DNA from: Turneriella sp.
GTDB taxonomy: Bacteria; Spirochaetota; Leptospiria; Turneriellales; Turneriellaceae
Direction of reading: 5' to 3'
Assembly (NCBI GenBank): GCA_965279515.1
Contig: CBDIID010000003.1
Span: forward strand, 1,600,001-1,664,000
Length of the DNA: 64,000 bases
The notes below the pieces were generated by a model. That model had not been told where the DNA came from and searched no databases. It saw nothing but the letters and a program-made list of their open reading frames with translations. The position numbers and the translations under genes are program-made. Every line of letters starts with the position of its first letter. Position 1 is the stretch's first letter. Of this stretch, positions 1 through 9,868 are shown piece after piece.

Positions 1-733
1 ATTTATCCAAAAGTGGAGACCCTCGTAAAATGCCGCCCAAGTTTAACCACGCTTTTACATTCTTCGTCTCTTGAGGAAACAACAGCCTGCCCAGAGCAAG
101 GTGAATGGCGGGACCGGCAGAGCTGGCTCCCGCCACTGCTATCTTTCTGTGTTTTTGTTGTCGAATGCGCTGGCTGAGATAAGCGGCATTTTCCTCTACA
201 CTTCCGATCGGATCAATATCGACGAACGCCACTTCATACCCGGATTGCTCCAAAATTTCCCGTGGTTTTTTTAAGTCTGCTCCGGTGATATGGCCGTTTT
301 CTACATAATCATAGCCCGGAACCAACACAATGAGGATGTCGTTGCGCGGAAATTGAATTGTTCGCGACCTTATCTTTTTCAGGTTACTGAGATATTGCTT
401 CTGCAATTCTGGATTACCGGGCTGAGATAGAAGACGATGCACGAAATGTAGCGCCGCAAAATCGACGGAAAAATCATTGGAAATTGTTTTTAAATCATCG
501 CGTGTCGGCAATGTTGCAGGCTTTGTTTGTTCCAGCACTTCAATCCTCCGTTGGAGTTGCGAATCCGTCGTTTTCCCTGCGAGATAGTTTTCAAGGTAAT
601 ATTTTGCACTCTCGCTATCGACCGTTGTTGCAATCGGATAACCATGAAACTCTGCCTGTGTAGGAATTTTTTTTATCGACCACATACAACCGACTCCTGT
701 TAATGAAATTGTGACCAGCAGGATGCGGATCAT
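1..733 (-). CDS. Putative alpha/beta-hydrolase-fold lipoprotein (partial, runs off window start)
   Basis: Not in the ORF track. Manual translation from ATG 733 is open to base 1: MIRILLVTISLTGVGC (lipobox-like)...VLVPGYDY...KIAVAGASSAGPAIHLAL...WLNLGGILRGSP. ATGA overlap with the upstream methyltransferase stop. Confidence 0.7.
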   Translation of the reverse strand, partial: MIRILLVTISLTGVGCMWSIKKIPTQAEFHGYPIATTVDSESAKYYLENYLAGKTTDSQLQRRIEVLEQTKPATLPTRDDLKTISNDFSVDFAALHFVHRLLSQPGNPELQKQYLSNLKKIRSRTIQFPRNDILIVLVPGYDYVENGHITGADLKKPREILEQSGYEVAFVDIDPIGSVEENAAYLSQRIRQQKHRKIAVAGASSAGPAIHLALGRLLFPQETKNVKAWLNLGGILRGSPLLDK

Positions 734-1353
734 TTGGCCTCAAAAACCGTGAAACTCTGCAAAGGCAGGTATTCCTCGGTCTGCACGAGCTTATATCCTG
801 CCGCATCCATTTCCTTGCGGATAATCTCCGGCGGCGTTTGGTGGTCGCTGCTAACAAAAATGCGCAGTACCAAGCCCATTTCCAGATGGTGGTCTATCAC
901 CGCAATGCGACCGCCGGGAGCGAGATGGGGTTTCAATTTCTCAAAATATTTGACCTGCTCTGGCAAATGGTGGTAAACATTTACCGAGAAGATCATATTC
1001 ACCTTTTGGCCCTTAAGATCGATCAACGTACCGTCATAAACGGATGCGTGCAGGTTCAGGATCTTGCTCTCCGCAACTCGCCCTTGAATCTTGGCGATGG
1101 CTTTCTCATCGACGTCCACGGCAAACACTTGGCCTGCAGGCGCTATTTTTTCGGCCAGGGCAAAGGTGAAGTAGCCACTGCCGGGCCCCAATTCCAGCAC
1201 CTTATCATCTTTCTTGAGGTTAAGGGATTCAATAACCCTGTCGCGCCATTGCCAGCCATCGCGCTTATAGATGCGCGAATACTGGAGTTTTGAGAAATTT
1301 GCGCACGAGATTGAAAAAAGCATAGTTGCGCATATAAGTATTCTGATTTTCAT
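730..1353 (-). CDS. Class I SAM-dependent methyltransferase with lipoprotein-like signal peptide
   Basis: VLELGPGSGYFT motif I, VFAVDVD, LAPGGRIAVID. Start reassigned to ATG 1353 (MKIRILICATMLFSISC), which overlaps the upstream stop (ATGA) with GGAG upstream. Confidence 0.85.
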   Translation of the reverse strand: MKIRILICATMLFSISCANFSKLQYSRIYKRDGWQWRDRVIESLNLKKDDKVLELGPGSGYFTFALAEKIAPAGQVFAVDVDEKAIAKIQGRVAESKILNLHASVYDGTLIDLKGQKVNMIFSVNVYHHLPEQVKYFEKLKPHLAPGGRIAVIDHHLEMGLVLRIFVSSDHQTPPEIIRKEMDAAGYKLVQTEEYLPLQSFTVFEAK

Positions 1354-2261
1354 TTTGATTCTCCTTGAAGGCTCTTTGTTTGTTTTGCGCCAAAGAAAGA
1401 ATTTGGTAGCAGCGGAGCGAAGAGCTGCCACAACCAAAATTTAGGATAGAAGTCTTCGGTAATCCCCGGTTGAATTGATCTGTTTTCTTTGGGAAGACGC
1501 AATGTTCCGAAAATAATGTCCATGAAAGTGAAAGCTCCCGAGAAGTTCGAGTTGCGAAACTCCGGATCGATGGCATGGTGCGCATGATGCACGAGCGGGG
1601 TTACAAAAACATAGTGCATGAAGTGCGGCAGTTTTACGTCAATATTGGCGTGTCCTAAGTTACCCAGCGTATTAGAGAATATCCCATAAGCGAAGACTAA
1701 CTCCCCCGGAGCGCCCATAACGACGAACGGCAGGTTCAGAACCAGAATACGCACCATGATTTCGCCCGCATGCAATCTGCCCGACTTCAGAACGTGCATT
1801 TGCTCCGCGTTGTGGTGTAGCGCATGGAATCGCCAAAAGAAACCCCAATGGTGCATGCGGTGCTGCCAATAAAATACAACTTCTGAGATAAGAGTAACGA
1901 GAGCAAACTGCCACGCGATATGCCAGTGCGTCGGCCAGAGACCTGTGATGTTTTTCTCTGAAAGGTAGGCCGTGAGCGAGATAGATACGGATGTGAGAAT
2001 CAATCGTGGTATTCTACCTGCAAATTCTGTCGAAAAAATCGCATGCAGAATATCGTTTGGTGATTGCCAGTCTTTGAAGAGCGACCACTCTTTGCGCAGC
2101 GGGATCGTTATCTCCGTCAGACCAATCAGCACCATATTGACGACGCTTGCAAGGAAGACAGATAATCCCGCAGAAAGTCCCGCTTCGCGCAAATGCGCAT
2201 ACGCCACGAGACTCAATACGACGATCAGCGGGTATGCCACGTACCGAAGCACCGTTTTCAC
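1350..2261 (-). CDS. Sterol desaturase / fatty acid hydroxylase family protein
   Basis: His boxes YWQHRMHH, FHALHH, GHAN, HHAHH and TM helices. GTG 2261 overlaps the upstream stop (GTGA). Confidence 0.9.
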   Translation of the reverse strand: MKTVLRYVAYPLIVVLSLVAYAHLREAGLSAGLSVFLASVVNMVLIGLTEITIPLRKEWSLFKDWQSPNDILHAIFSTEFAGRIPRLILTSVSISLTAYLSEKNITGLWPTHWHIAWQFALVTLISEVVFYWQHRMHHWGFFWRFHALHHNAEQMHVLKSGRLHAGEIMVRILVLNLPFVVMGAPGELVFAYGIFSNTLGNLGHANIDVKLPHFMHYVFVTPLVHHAHHAIDPEFRNSNFSGAFTFMDIIFGTLRLPKENRSIQPGITEDFYPKFWLWQLFAPLLPNSFFGAKQTKSLQGESK

Positions 2262-3028
2262 TTTGGCGCTCCGATAGCGTTCTGACGAAACCTTTCCGCA
2301 TACTCGGGATGTTCTGTTTTCAGCCAGCGATCCCACCATGTAAAGTAAAGGGAATAGTTGTAGTTGAATGTCTCGTGATGCAGGTCGTGGTGTGTCGTCG
2401 CGGTACTCCAGAATGTGAATCGGCTTTTCGCAAACCAGCGGGGAAAGAGTTCATAGCCCATATGGCCCCAAATATTCCGGATGATCATAAAAATCAGATA
2501 GCCGAAGAGAATCGTCGGATTAAACGGAATTGTGAACACCATAATGGTGTAAAAGAGCGCCTGCACTACCGCTTCGGGTGGCGCAAAAGCATACGCAGCC
2601 CATGGCGAGGATTGTTTGGAATAATGGTGCACCTTATGGAATAATTTGTACAGCAGCTTGGTATGCATCAAGCGGTGCGTCCAATAAAAGTATCCGTCAT
2701 GTAGCACCATCAGCAGAAAGAAACTGAGATAATAATACACTAACCCGTATTGAAGACGATCCGTGTAGATCTGCGTATATCCGGCTTTGATGCCAAAGAA
2801 AAGCGCCGTGCCGATAATCGAAAAAACAAAGGCGGTGCTCAAAGAGAAAACAATCTCCCGAATATACTGTTTTACCCTCCAAGGTGTCGCCTGAATGCGA
2901 TATTTTTCCAGTATTTTCCTGCCCAGCCAGACAAAGCTAAAAATAGCCGCCGCCGGAATCAAATAGCGAAACAGGTCGATGGCAAGGACCGCCAACCAAA
3001 GCTCCCCTAAACTTGAATTTTCGTTCAT
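2258..3028 (-). CDS. Sterol desaturase / fatty acid hydroxylase family protein (ERG3-like)
   Basis: His boxes YWTHRLMH, HKVHH, GHMG, HHDLHH, then NYSLYFTWWDR. AGGAGG RBS. Confidence 0.9.
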   Translation of the reverse strand: MNENSSLGELWLAVLAIDLFRYLIPAAAIFSFVWLGRKILEKYRIQATPWRVKQYIREIVFSLSTAFVFSIIGTALFFGIKAGYTQIYTDRLQYGLVYYYLSFFLLMVLHDGYFYWTHRLMHTKLLYKLFHKVHHYSKQSSPWAAYAFAPPEAVVQALFYTIMVFTIPFNPTILFGYLIFMIIRNIWGHMGYELFPRWFAKSRFTFWSTATTHHDLHHETFNYNYSLYFTWWDRWLKTEHPEYAERFRQNAIGAPK

Positions 3029-3066
3029 AAATCCTCCTGCAAAACCGGAATTCTCGGCGCCTTGCT

Positions 3067-3188
3067 AGCTATGGAATTCCATAGCTGCCTCTGGGCAACG
3101 GCCTGTCCTGCGAGGTGTTTTTTACCCGAAAAAAAAAAAAAAATCTACGTGATTGCAAAATGGACTGATCGATTTCGAAATCGATCAG
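3067..3188. promoter_or_regulatory. Upstream region of the desaturase operon with two perfect palindromes and an A15 tract
   Basis: AGCTATGGAATTCCATAGCT (3067-3086), A15 (3129-3143), CTGATCGATTTCGAAATCGATCAG (3165-3188). Confidence 0.55.
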
Positions 3189-3201
3189 GAAAAAGGTTGA
3201 T

Positions 3202-4269
3202 TCAGGCTGAAATTTTCCGGAATTCGGTGGGCGTCATGCCCTTGCGCTCTTTAAAAGCCCGGTTAAACGGGGCCAAAGACCCGAACCCCAAATCCATCGC
3301 AATACGGATAACCGGCAGCGCGACATTGCTTTTATCGGATAACAGTTGCGCCGCTTCTTTAATACGCAGTTCATTCAGATAGTCGTTAAAATTCCGGTAA
3401 CCGAGACCGGCATTGATGAGCCGCCTGAGCAGATATTCATGAACGGCCAAATGCCCCGCCAGATCGCGTATCGTCAGGCTCTCCTGCGTATAAACGCGGT
3501 CCCTGTCCATGGCCAGCTGCAGTTTTTTCAGCAACTCCTGATCGACAGACATAACATCCGCCGCATCCGCATTTCTGACCTTTTTGTCGGGAAAGCCGCC
3601 CAGCACATTCTCACTGACAGAGAAAATCCGCGCAGAAAAGTAGAGCACAGTCCCAAGCACGCCAGTCGTATGGATGATTTCAATGAGTTGCGGCGCCTGC
3701 TGCCCCTGCAGCGCCAGCTCTGAGATCAGTACAATCACCATATAAGCGCTATTGATCAAAATAAAACGCAGGCGAAATTTGTTGCGCTCTTCGACCAGGT
3801 CGTACCGCCGCCGTGAAAAAGTCTTGAACAGCGCTGCGAAAATGTAAACGAGCGCCACGGTCTTGGGAATCGCGCGCAGAAAACTGATATAGGCCGCATT
3901 CCGGCCCGGAATATTCAGATCATAAAGCCTCAAATACGTAATCAGATAAAAATGCACAGCTTCGATAAACAGAAACATCCCCAGGTGAATCCAGCGAAAA
4001 CGGAACCGGTCTTCGAACAGCGCATCGTTCATCAGGTAAAAAGCCCAGGGTACCATAAAACATCCGACGTGGATGAGGTAGGTCACCCAGGGGGCCGAAT
4101 GCAGCAGATGGCAAATCTGGCAGCCCAGGTAACCTGCGACCGAGAGCGTGAAGAGCGCAAAGGCAACGGACCGCCCGGCAAAACGGCCGTCGATCAGGAA
4201 TTTTGCCGTGACAAACAGCAGGAATGCAATCGCGATAAATTTAAGAGTAAGCGGATAATCCGGCATCAT
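3202..4269 (-). CDS. Membrane-anchored AraC-family transcriptional regulator
   Basis: N-terminal multi-TM region. C-terminal AraC HTH (NFNDYLNELRI...IAMDLGFGSLAPFNRAFKERKGMTPTEFR). Start ATG 4269 overlaps the MFS stop. Confidence 0.9.
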   Translation of the reverse strand: MMPDYPLTLKFIAIAFLLFVTAKFLIDGRFAGRSVAFALFTLSVAGYLGCQICHLLHSAPWVTYLIHVGCFMVPWAFYLMNDALFEDRFRFRWIHLGMFLFIEAVHFYLITYLRLYDLNIPGRNAAYISFLRAIPKTVALVYIFAALFKTFSRRRYDLVEERNKFRLRFILINSAYMVIVLISELALQGQQAPQLIEIIHTTGVLGTVLYFSARIFSVSENVLGGFPDKKVRNADAADVMSVDQELLKKLQLAMDRDRVYTQESLTIRDLAGHLAVHEYLLRRLINAGLGYRNFNDYLNELRIKEAAQLLSDKSNVALPVIRIAMDLGFGSLAPFNRAFKERKGMTPTEFRKISA

Positions 4270-5435
4270 AATACTTTTAATCTGAATGCGCCGATGAACA
4301 CCACCAATAATACCAGAGGGATCGTGGCAATATTTAACCACTGCCAGCCCAATGTTTCATGTAGTTTGCCGGTGAAAGCGATCGAGAGCGCGATACCTGC
4401 AGCGATGAAAAAATCATTGAGCGCCTGCGCAGCGCCCTGGTGTTCCGGTTCAATATTCGATACCAGAAGCTGACTGGCCGACACGAAGAGAAAGTTCCAG
4501 CCGATCCCCAGCAAAATGAGCGAGCTCATGAATTGCCAGTAGGTCACCTGCGGCGAGTACCCTGTGCCCATAAAATTAACCGCAACGCAGATGCCGTAAC
4601 AGATGGCGCCCACGACGACAATCGTCCGTACGCCGAAGCGCTGTATCAGGTGACCGGTAAAAAAAGACGGTATAAACATGCCGAGCATATGCGCGCGGAT
4701 AACCTGCGTCGTCGCTTCGAACCCCATATGGTGATGGTGCATCGCCAGCGGCGTGGCGGTCATGATCATCGCCATGATGATATAGGCACCCGCACCTAAA
4801 AGAATCAGGCTCAGCAGCGGGCTGTGCCCGAGCAGGTATCTGAGCGATGCGACGAGCGAGATATGACGCCGTGCCGGCATCGGAAATCTAAGGCCTGCGA
4901 GAATTATAACAGCGAGCGTAGCAAGCGGCAACCACAGCAGATACCCGCCGGCGAAGGGAGCCCCCGTAACAAGATTTAATCCCCATTTGGACAACGACGG
5001 CCCGAGGAAGGCAGCGATGACACCGCCGGCGAGCACGAATGAAATAGCGCGCGAGCGCCATGAAACGTCAACGAGCTCGACGGCGGCAAAACGGAAATAC
5101 CCCGCGAAGCCCACGAGAAATCCGATGAGGCCTGTACCCAGCAAGAACAAGGGAAAACTGTTTTGCACAACAGCAAGCGCGGCAACGGCTGCACCGGCAA
5201 TGCCGGCGGCGAAAGCAAAGATAAAACCTGTCTTGCGGCCATAACGACCCATGAAGATCGACGCAGGGATTGTCACCAGCAGCGTAACGACAACGGAAAG
5301 CGAGGCCGGCCACGTCGACATCGTATCAGAGCCGGTCAGGGCGAGACCGATCAATGCACCCGTCGTCGTCAGGTGTATATTGCCCGACTGTGCGATCGCC
5401 TGACAAAGCGCAAGCAGGCTGATGCTGAGTTTCAT
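4266..5435 (-). CDS. MFS transporter
   Basis: About 12 hydrophobic segments, motif A-like MGRYGRK, and MTATPLAM / GIGWNF motifs. Confidence 0.9.
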   Translation of the reverse strand: MKLSISLLALCQAIAQSGNIHLTTTGALIGLALTGSDTMSTWPASLSVVVTLLVTIPASIFMGRYGRKTGFIFAFAAGIAGAAVAALAVVQNSFPLFLLGTGLIGFLVGFAGYFRFAAVELVDVSWRSRAISFVLAGGVIAAFLGPSLSKWGLNLVTGAPFAGGYLLWLPLATLAVIILAGLRFPMPARRHISLVASLRYLLGHSPLLSLILLGAGAYIIMAMIMTATPLAMHHHHMGFEATTQVIRAHMLGMFIPSFFTGHLIQRFGVRTIVVVGAICYGICVAVNFMGTGYSPQVTYWQFMSSLILLGIGWNFLFVSASQLLVSNIEPEHQGAAQALNDFFIAAGIALSIAFTGKLHETLGWQWLNIATIPLVLLVVFIGAFRLKVL

Positions 5436-5529
5436 GTTGCCCTGCAGGTTTTTGAATTTGCGTCAAAGGGTAAAAGATTCTTTGTTGCACTCGCTTGACG
5501 ACGTGTCAAAACTGCATTGTCTTCCAGCG

Positions 5530-6645
5530 ATGCACAACCCTATTGAAAACCTGGAAAAAAATGTCCTCCCGAAAATCCGCGAGGCAGCGCTTGATGTCGA
5601 CAAAACGGGAAATTTTCCGCAGCAGTCGCTCGATGCATTAAAAACAGCAGGCTTCTTCGGGTTGATCGCAGCCAAAGAGCATGGCGGCGCGGGCATGGGC
5701 CCCGATGTCGCCGCGCAGGTCATTGAAAAAATCGCCGCCGAATGCGGTTCGACGGCAATGGTGCTGACAATGCATTATGCAGCCAACGCCGTGATTGAAA
5801 AATTCGGCAGCGATGAACTGCGCAAAAAGACCGCGTCGAGTGAGCTCGCGACGCTGGCATTTTCTGAAATGGGCTCACGTTCACACTTCTGGGCGCCGCT
5901 TGGCACCGCAACCGCGTCGGGTTCTGATATTAAACTCAACGGCCATAAGAGTTGGGTGACTTCTGCCAACCATGCGGTAAACTATGTCTGGTCGGCGAAA
6001 CCCATCAAAGCCGAAGGGGCAAGCAGTATCTTCCTTGTCCCGCGTACGGCTCCGGGGCTTAAGCCGGGTGCTGCGTTCGACGGCCTTGGACTCAGGGGAA
6101 ATGATTCGACAAGTGTGGAAGCGGCAGAGGTTATTATACCGGCGGCGAATACGCTGGGTGCAGACGGCGCAGGCCTGGGTGTAATGCTCGAAACGGTGCT
6201 GCCGCTCTTCAATTTACTCAACGCTGCATGCTCGACCGGTATCATGGCAGGCGCCGTAGCCGCCACGATTGCCCACGTGACAAGAATCAAACACGAACAT
6301 CTGGGCACGGCGCTCAGCGACCTGCAGACTATCCGCTCACTCATTGCCCAGATGCAGATTGAGACAGATAAAACCCGCCTGCTCGTTCAAGACACCGCCG
6401 CAGCCATGCTTTCCGGCCGCGCCGATACCATGCTGCGCGTGCTGGAATCCAAAGCGGCCGCCGGCGAATCGGCTGTCAAAGTTACCCAACTCGCGATGCG
6501 TGTCTGCGGTGGCGCAGCTTTCCGCAAAGAGAGTGGCATTGAACGGTGCTTCCGCGACGCGCATGCCGCCATCGTCATGGCACCGACGACCGATCAGCTC
6601 TATGACTTCATCGGCAAAGCGCTCTGCGGGTTGCCGGTATTCTGA
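5530..6645 (+). CDS. Acyl-CoA dehydrogenase-fold flavoprotein (probably monooxygenase-type)
   Basis: ACAD motifs LAFSE, LNGHKSWVT, GLGLRGNDS, IERCFRDA. The C-terminal catalytic Glu motif (IYEGT) is replaced by VMAPT. Start ATG 5530. Confidence 0.85.
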   Translation: MHNPIENLEKNVLPKIREAALDVDKTGNFPQQSLDALKTAGFFGLIAAKEHGGAGMGPDVAAQVIEKIAAECGSTAMVLTMHYAANAVIEKFGSDELRKKTASSELATLAFSEMGSRSHFWAPLGTATASGSDIKLNGHKSWVTSANHAVNYVWSAKPIKAEGASSIFLVPRTAPGLKPGAAFDGLGLRGNDSTSVEAAEVIIPAANTLGADGAGLGVMLETVLPLFNLLNAACSTGIMAGAVAATIAHVTRIKHEHLGTALSDLQTIRSLIAQMQIETDKTRLLVQDTAAAMLSGRADTMLRVLESKAAAGESAVKVTQLAMRVCGGAAFRKESGIERCFRDAHAAIVMAPTTDQLYDFIGKALCGLPVF

Positions 6646-7496
6646 TGGCGCGCCCCTTTACGCTGGCAGCCGTCGCCTACGACGCCAAGGTTGTGACGAT
6701 CTGGGAAGGTTTTAAAGCCTTCTTTGAAAAACATCATCTCGCCTTTGATTATGTGCTGTTCTCAAATTATGAAGCGCAGGTCGCTGCACATTTCGCAGGC
6801 ATCGTCGATGCGGCGTGGAACTCACCGCTCGCCTGGCTGCAATCGCTGGAGATCGCAAAACGGAAAAACCTCACCGCCGAGGCGGTCGCCATGCGCAACA
6901 GCGACTGCGACCTGAAGTCGCTGATTATTACGCGCCGCGATTCCGGGATCAATACACTCGCCGATCTTCAGGGTAAACGCGTTGCCGTCGGAGCCAAGGA
7001 TTCACCGCAGGCGACACTGATTCCCCTGGAAATGCTGGCGCAAGGCGGCCTCATTGCCGGAAAAGACTTTGAGGTGGAATATTTTGACATACTCGCCGGC
7101 AAACACGGCGACCATATCGGCGGCGAACGCGATGCCGCGCGCGCGCTGGCGCAGGGGAAGGTTGCCGCGACGTGTATGATCGACGGCAACTATACACTCT
7201 TCGGTTTCGAGGGCACCATGAACCCCGCGGCGACATTCATTCTCGCAAAATCAGAAAATTACGACCATTGCAATTTTACCGTGCTCAAAGAGCGACAGCA
7301 TCCTGAAACGGAAAAATTTTGCCGCCTGCTGATGGCGATGGATTATGCCGATGCGCAGGTGCGGCCTCTGCTCGATATGGAAGGCCTCAAACAATGGCTG
7401 CCGGGACGCACATCGCACTATACGCTGCTCGATGCGGCTGTGCGGCGCTTCGGCACCATCAGCGACTTTGTCAGTGAAATCGCCTCAAAGAACTGA
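6645..7496 (+). CDS. PhnD/SsuA-type substrate-binding-fold protein without signal peptide
   Basis: DAAWNSPLAW, LADLQGKRVAVGAKDSPQATLIP, YDHCNFT. Translationally coupled to the ACAD-like gene. Confidence 0.75.
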   Translation: MARPFTLAAVAYDAKVVTIWEGFKAFFEKHHLAFDYVLFSNYEAQVAAHFAGIVDAAWNSPLAWLQSLEIAKRKNLTAEAVAMRNSDCDLKSLIITRRDSGINTLADLQGKRVAVGAKDSPQATLIPLEMLAQGGLIAGKDFEVEYFDILAGKHGDHIGGERDAARALAQGKVAATCMIDGNYTLFGFEGTMNPAATFILAKSENYDHCNFTVLKERQHPETEKFCRLLMAMDYADAQVRPLLDMEGLKQWLPGRTSHYTLLDAAVRRFGTISDFVSEIASKN

Positions 7497-8670
7497 AACC
7501 ATTCTCGATCTGGGCGATCTGCCTGTAACAGAGGGCGGATTACTCCTTGTGGACAGAGCTCTGCGCCCCCTGGAAGCCGGCAGTTTTCTGAAAGTCGTAT
7601 CCCGCGAGCCGGATTTCTCAATCCACCTTGCTGCGTGGTGCAGGCAAAAAGGCTGTTCCTTCGAGGCGCGGGGCGACAGTGCATTTCTCATCGAACGACC
7701 GGTAAACTTTACAGCCGGCGCCGCAACCGCCGAATATGCAGGCGCAACCGATACACCGGTTGCTCACGCCAAAGAAAACTGGGGTCTCGCGGCGCGCGGT
7801 GCCCGGGTCGAACAGGGGATTGCCGGTTTCTATTTTCCACTGAACGATGGCGAAATGTTTTGGACGAAGCGCCTCCGCGCTCTTTATCAGCGTGCCGCCG
7901 CCGCGCAGTGGAACCCTGATACCGCGATCGACTGGCAGCAGAAGACAAATAATAAACCTGAAATCGAGGATGCCGTTGTGCAGGTGATGACGTACCTGAT
8001 TGAAAACGAAACGGCAGCGCTGGTCATTCCCGCGCGTTTTGCTTCCCAGGTGCATCCGCATTATTATGAGGTGATGCAGCTTTTGGTGATTCAGGCTGCG
8101 GATGAAGCGCGGCACATCGAAATTTTTTCGCGGCGGGCCAGGCTCCACCGTACCATTCTGGGGCTTTCCACAACAGGGGGACAGGCGTCTTTGAAGACGC
8201 TCATCGACGAAAGCGATTTTTCACTCGCCACGCTTTTGCTCTCAGTTCTGGGCGAAGGGAGTTTTTTAAGCCTGTTGCACTTTCTGCGCAACTTTGCTCC
8301 CGACGCCGTGACGCGGCAGGTTTGCGCGTTGGCGGCGAAAGACGAAGCGCGGCACGTGATTTTTGCCATGGCGCATTTGACGGCAGCGGTAGACCACAAG
8401 CCTGAGATCAGGCATGATTTCGCCGCAGCGATAAAAAGGCGCCATCATGAACTCACCGGCACGGCGGGCTTAAACGAAGACGTCTTTCAATCGCTGACGA
8501 TTCTTGCAGCGGGCTCGCTTGAGCCCCAGGACATCGCCCGGGGACATAAAGCAGTGAAGCGGCTCGAACATTTTATGAACGCCGGCCGTGTACGCCGCTT
8601 GCAGCAACTGGGCTTCAGCATCGACGAGGCGCAGGCGCTGTCACAGCTGCACACGCGCAATTTTATGTAA
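7474..8670 (+). CDS. TusA/SirA-like N-terminal domain fused to a ferritin-like diiron domain
   Basis: N-terminus ILDLGDL...LEAGSFLKVVSREP...LAAWCRQKG (TusA-like). Diiron ligands ENE...DEARH...EGSF...DEARH. Start uncertain (GTG 7474). Confidence 0.75.
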   Translation: MKSPQRTETILDLGDLPVTEGGLLLVDRALRPLEAGSFLKVVSREPDFSIHLAAWCRQKGCSFEARGDSAFLIERPVNFTAGAATAEYAGATDTPVAHAKENWGLAARGARVEQGIAGFYFPLNDGEMFWTKRLRALYQRAAAAQWNPDTAIDWQQKTNNKPEIEDAVVQVMTYLIENETAALVIPARFASQVHPHYYEVMQLLVIQAADEARHIEIFSRRARLHRTILGLSTTGGQASLKTLIDESDFSLATLLLSVLGEGSFLSLLHFLRNFAPDAVTRQVCALAAKDEARHVIFAMAHLTAAVDHKPEIRHDFAAAIKRRHHELTGTAGLNEDVFQSLTILAAGSLEPQDIARGHKAVKRLEHFMNAGRVRRLQQLGFSIDEAQALSQLHTRNFM

Positions 8671-9835
8671 GGCGGGACCGGGTCAGGGTTAAGAAATACA
8701 CAGCGACCAGCAACGACACAAGGCCGGTTGCCGCGAATGTGATAACCGGTCCAAAACGTAACCAAAACAATCCCGTCAGCACACTTGCCAACAGCAGGCC
8801 GACGCTCTGCAATCCGGCAAAAGTCCCGATCGCTGTGGCGGTATCTTCCCTCGCTGCGATATTGGAAATCCACGCTTTGGAAATCCCCTCTGTTGCTGCC
8901 GCGTAAAGACCATAGAGAAAAAACAACCCCGCAATGGTGTAGAGGTCTGAGCTGACAGCCATACCGAAATAGACGACTGCGAACAGCACAAGGCCTGTCA
9001 CCAGCATCGTTTTCAGACCTAAGCGGTCTGCGAGTATGCCCAAAGGAAATGCAAACAGGGCATAGACGAGATTATAAAATATATAAACTCCGATGACGGC
9101 GGTATCATCGAGCCCTGCTTGTTTTGCTTTCAGCAGCAGAAACACATCGGAACTGTTGAACAGCGTAAAAAACAGCAAACCGGTCACGACCCGGCGGTAA
9201 GCGACGGGGCTTTTTTGCCAGTAACCTATAAAGGAAAAACGGGGGGGCGGGGCAGCAGCGCTTTCACGGATAATCTTTTTATCTTTCAACAGAAAAGAAG
9301 CAACAACGGCGAGCAATCCGGGGACAAAAGCGATGTAGAAGAGCGTAACATAATCCCCTGGAAAATAATACAGATACACCAGGGCAAGTGCCGGGCCGAT
9401 GACCGCACCTACAGTATCCATGGAACGATGGAAACCGAAAACGGTGCCCTTGCTCGCGGGTGTGGCTTCGTCCGAGAGCATTGCATCCCTTGCTCCTGTT
9501 CTGATGCCCTTGCCCATACGGTCAATCGTCCGCGCGAAGAAAACCCAGAGCGGGTAAATAAAAGCCGCCATCAGGGGCTTTGAAACTGCGCTCAACGCAT
9601 AACCGATGCGCACAAACGGCACGCGCCGGCCTGAAAGATCAGAAATTTTTCCGAAATAGCCTTTGCTGAACCCCGCTGTGGCCTCAGCAATGCCTTCGAG
9701 TATACCGATGAGCAGCACGGAGAAACCAATCTGTTTGAGATAAATCGGTAAAATGGGGTAAAGCATTTCACTCGCGGCGTCGGTAAAGAGGCTGATGAGA
9801 GATAGGATCCAAACCGTGCGGGAGATATTCTTCAT
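8663..9835 (-). CDS. MFS transporter
   Basis: DAASEMLYPILP, GKISDLSGRR, DRMGKGIRTGARDA, GILADRLG. 12 TM. Confidence 0.9.
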   Translation of the reverse strand: MKNISRTVWILSLISLFTDAASEMLYPILPIYLKQIGFSVLLIGILEGIAEATAGFSKGYFGKISDLSGRRVPFVRIGYALSAVSKPLMAAFIYPLWVFFARTIDRMGKGIRTGARDAMLSDEATPASKGTVFGFHRSMDTVGAVIGPALALVYLYYFPGDYVTLFYIAFVPGLLAVVASFLLKDKKIIRESAAAPPPRFSFIGYWQKSPVAYRRVVTGLLFFTLFNSSDVFLLLKAKQAGLDDTAVIGVYIFYNLVYALFAFPLGILADRLGLKTMLVTGLVLFAVVYFGMAVSSDLYTIAGLFFLYGLYAAATEGISKAWISNIAAREDTATAIGTFAGLQSVGLLLASVLTGLFWLRFGPVITFAATGLVSLLVAVYFLTLTRSRLT

Positions 9836-9868
9836 ATATAATGCGGGGCATTAAACCTAATCCACCAT

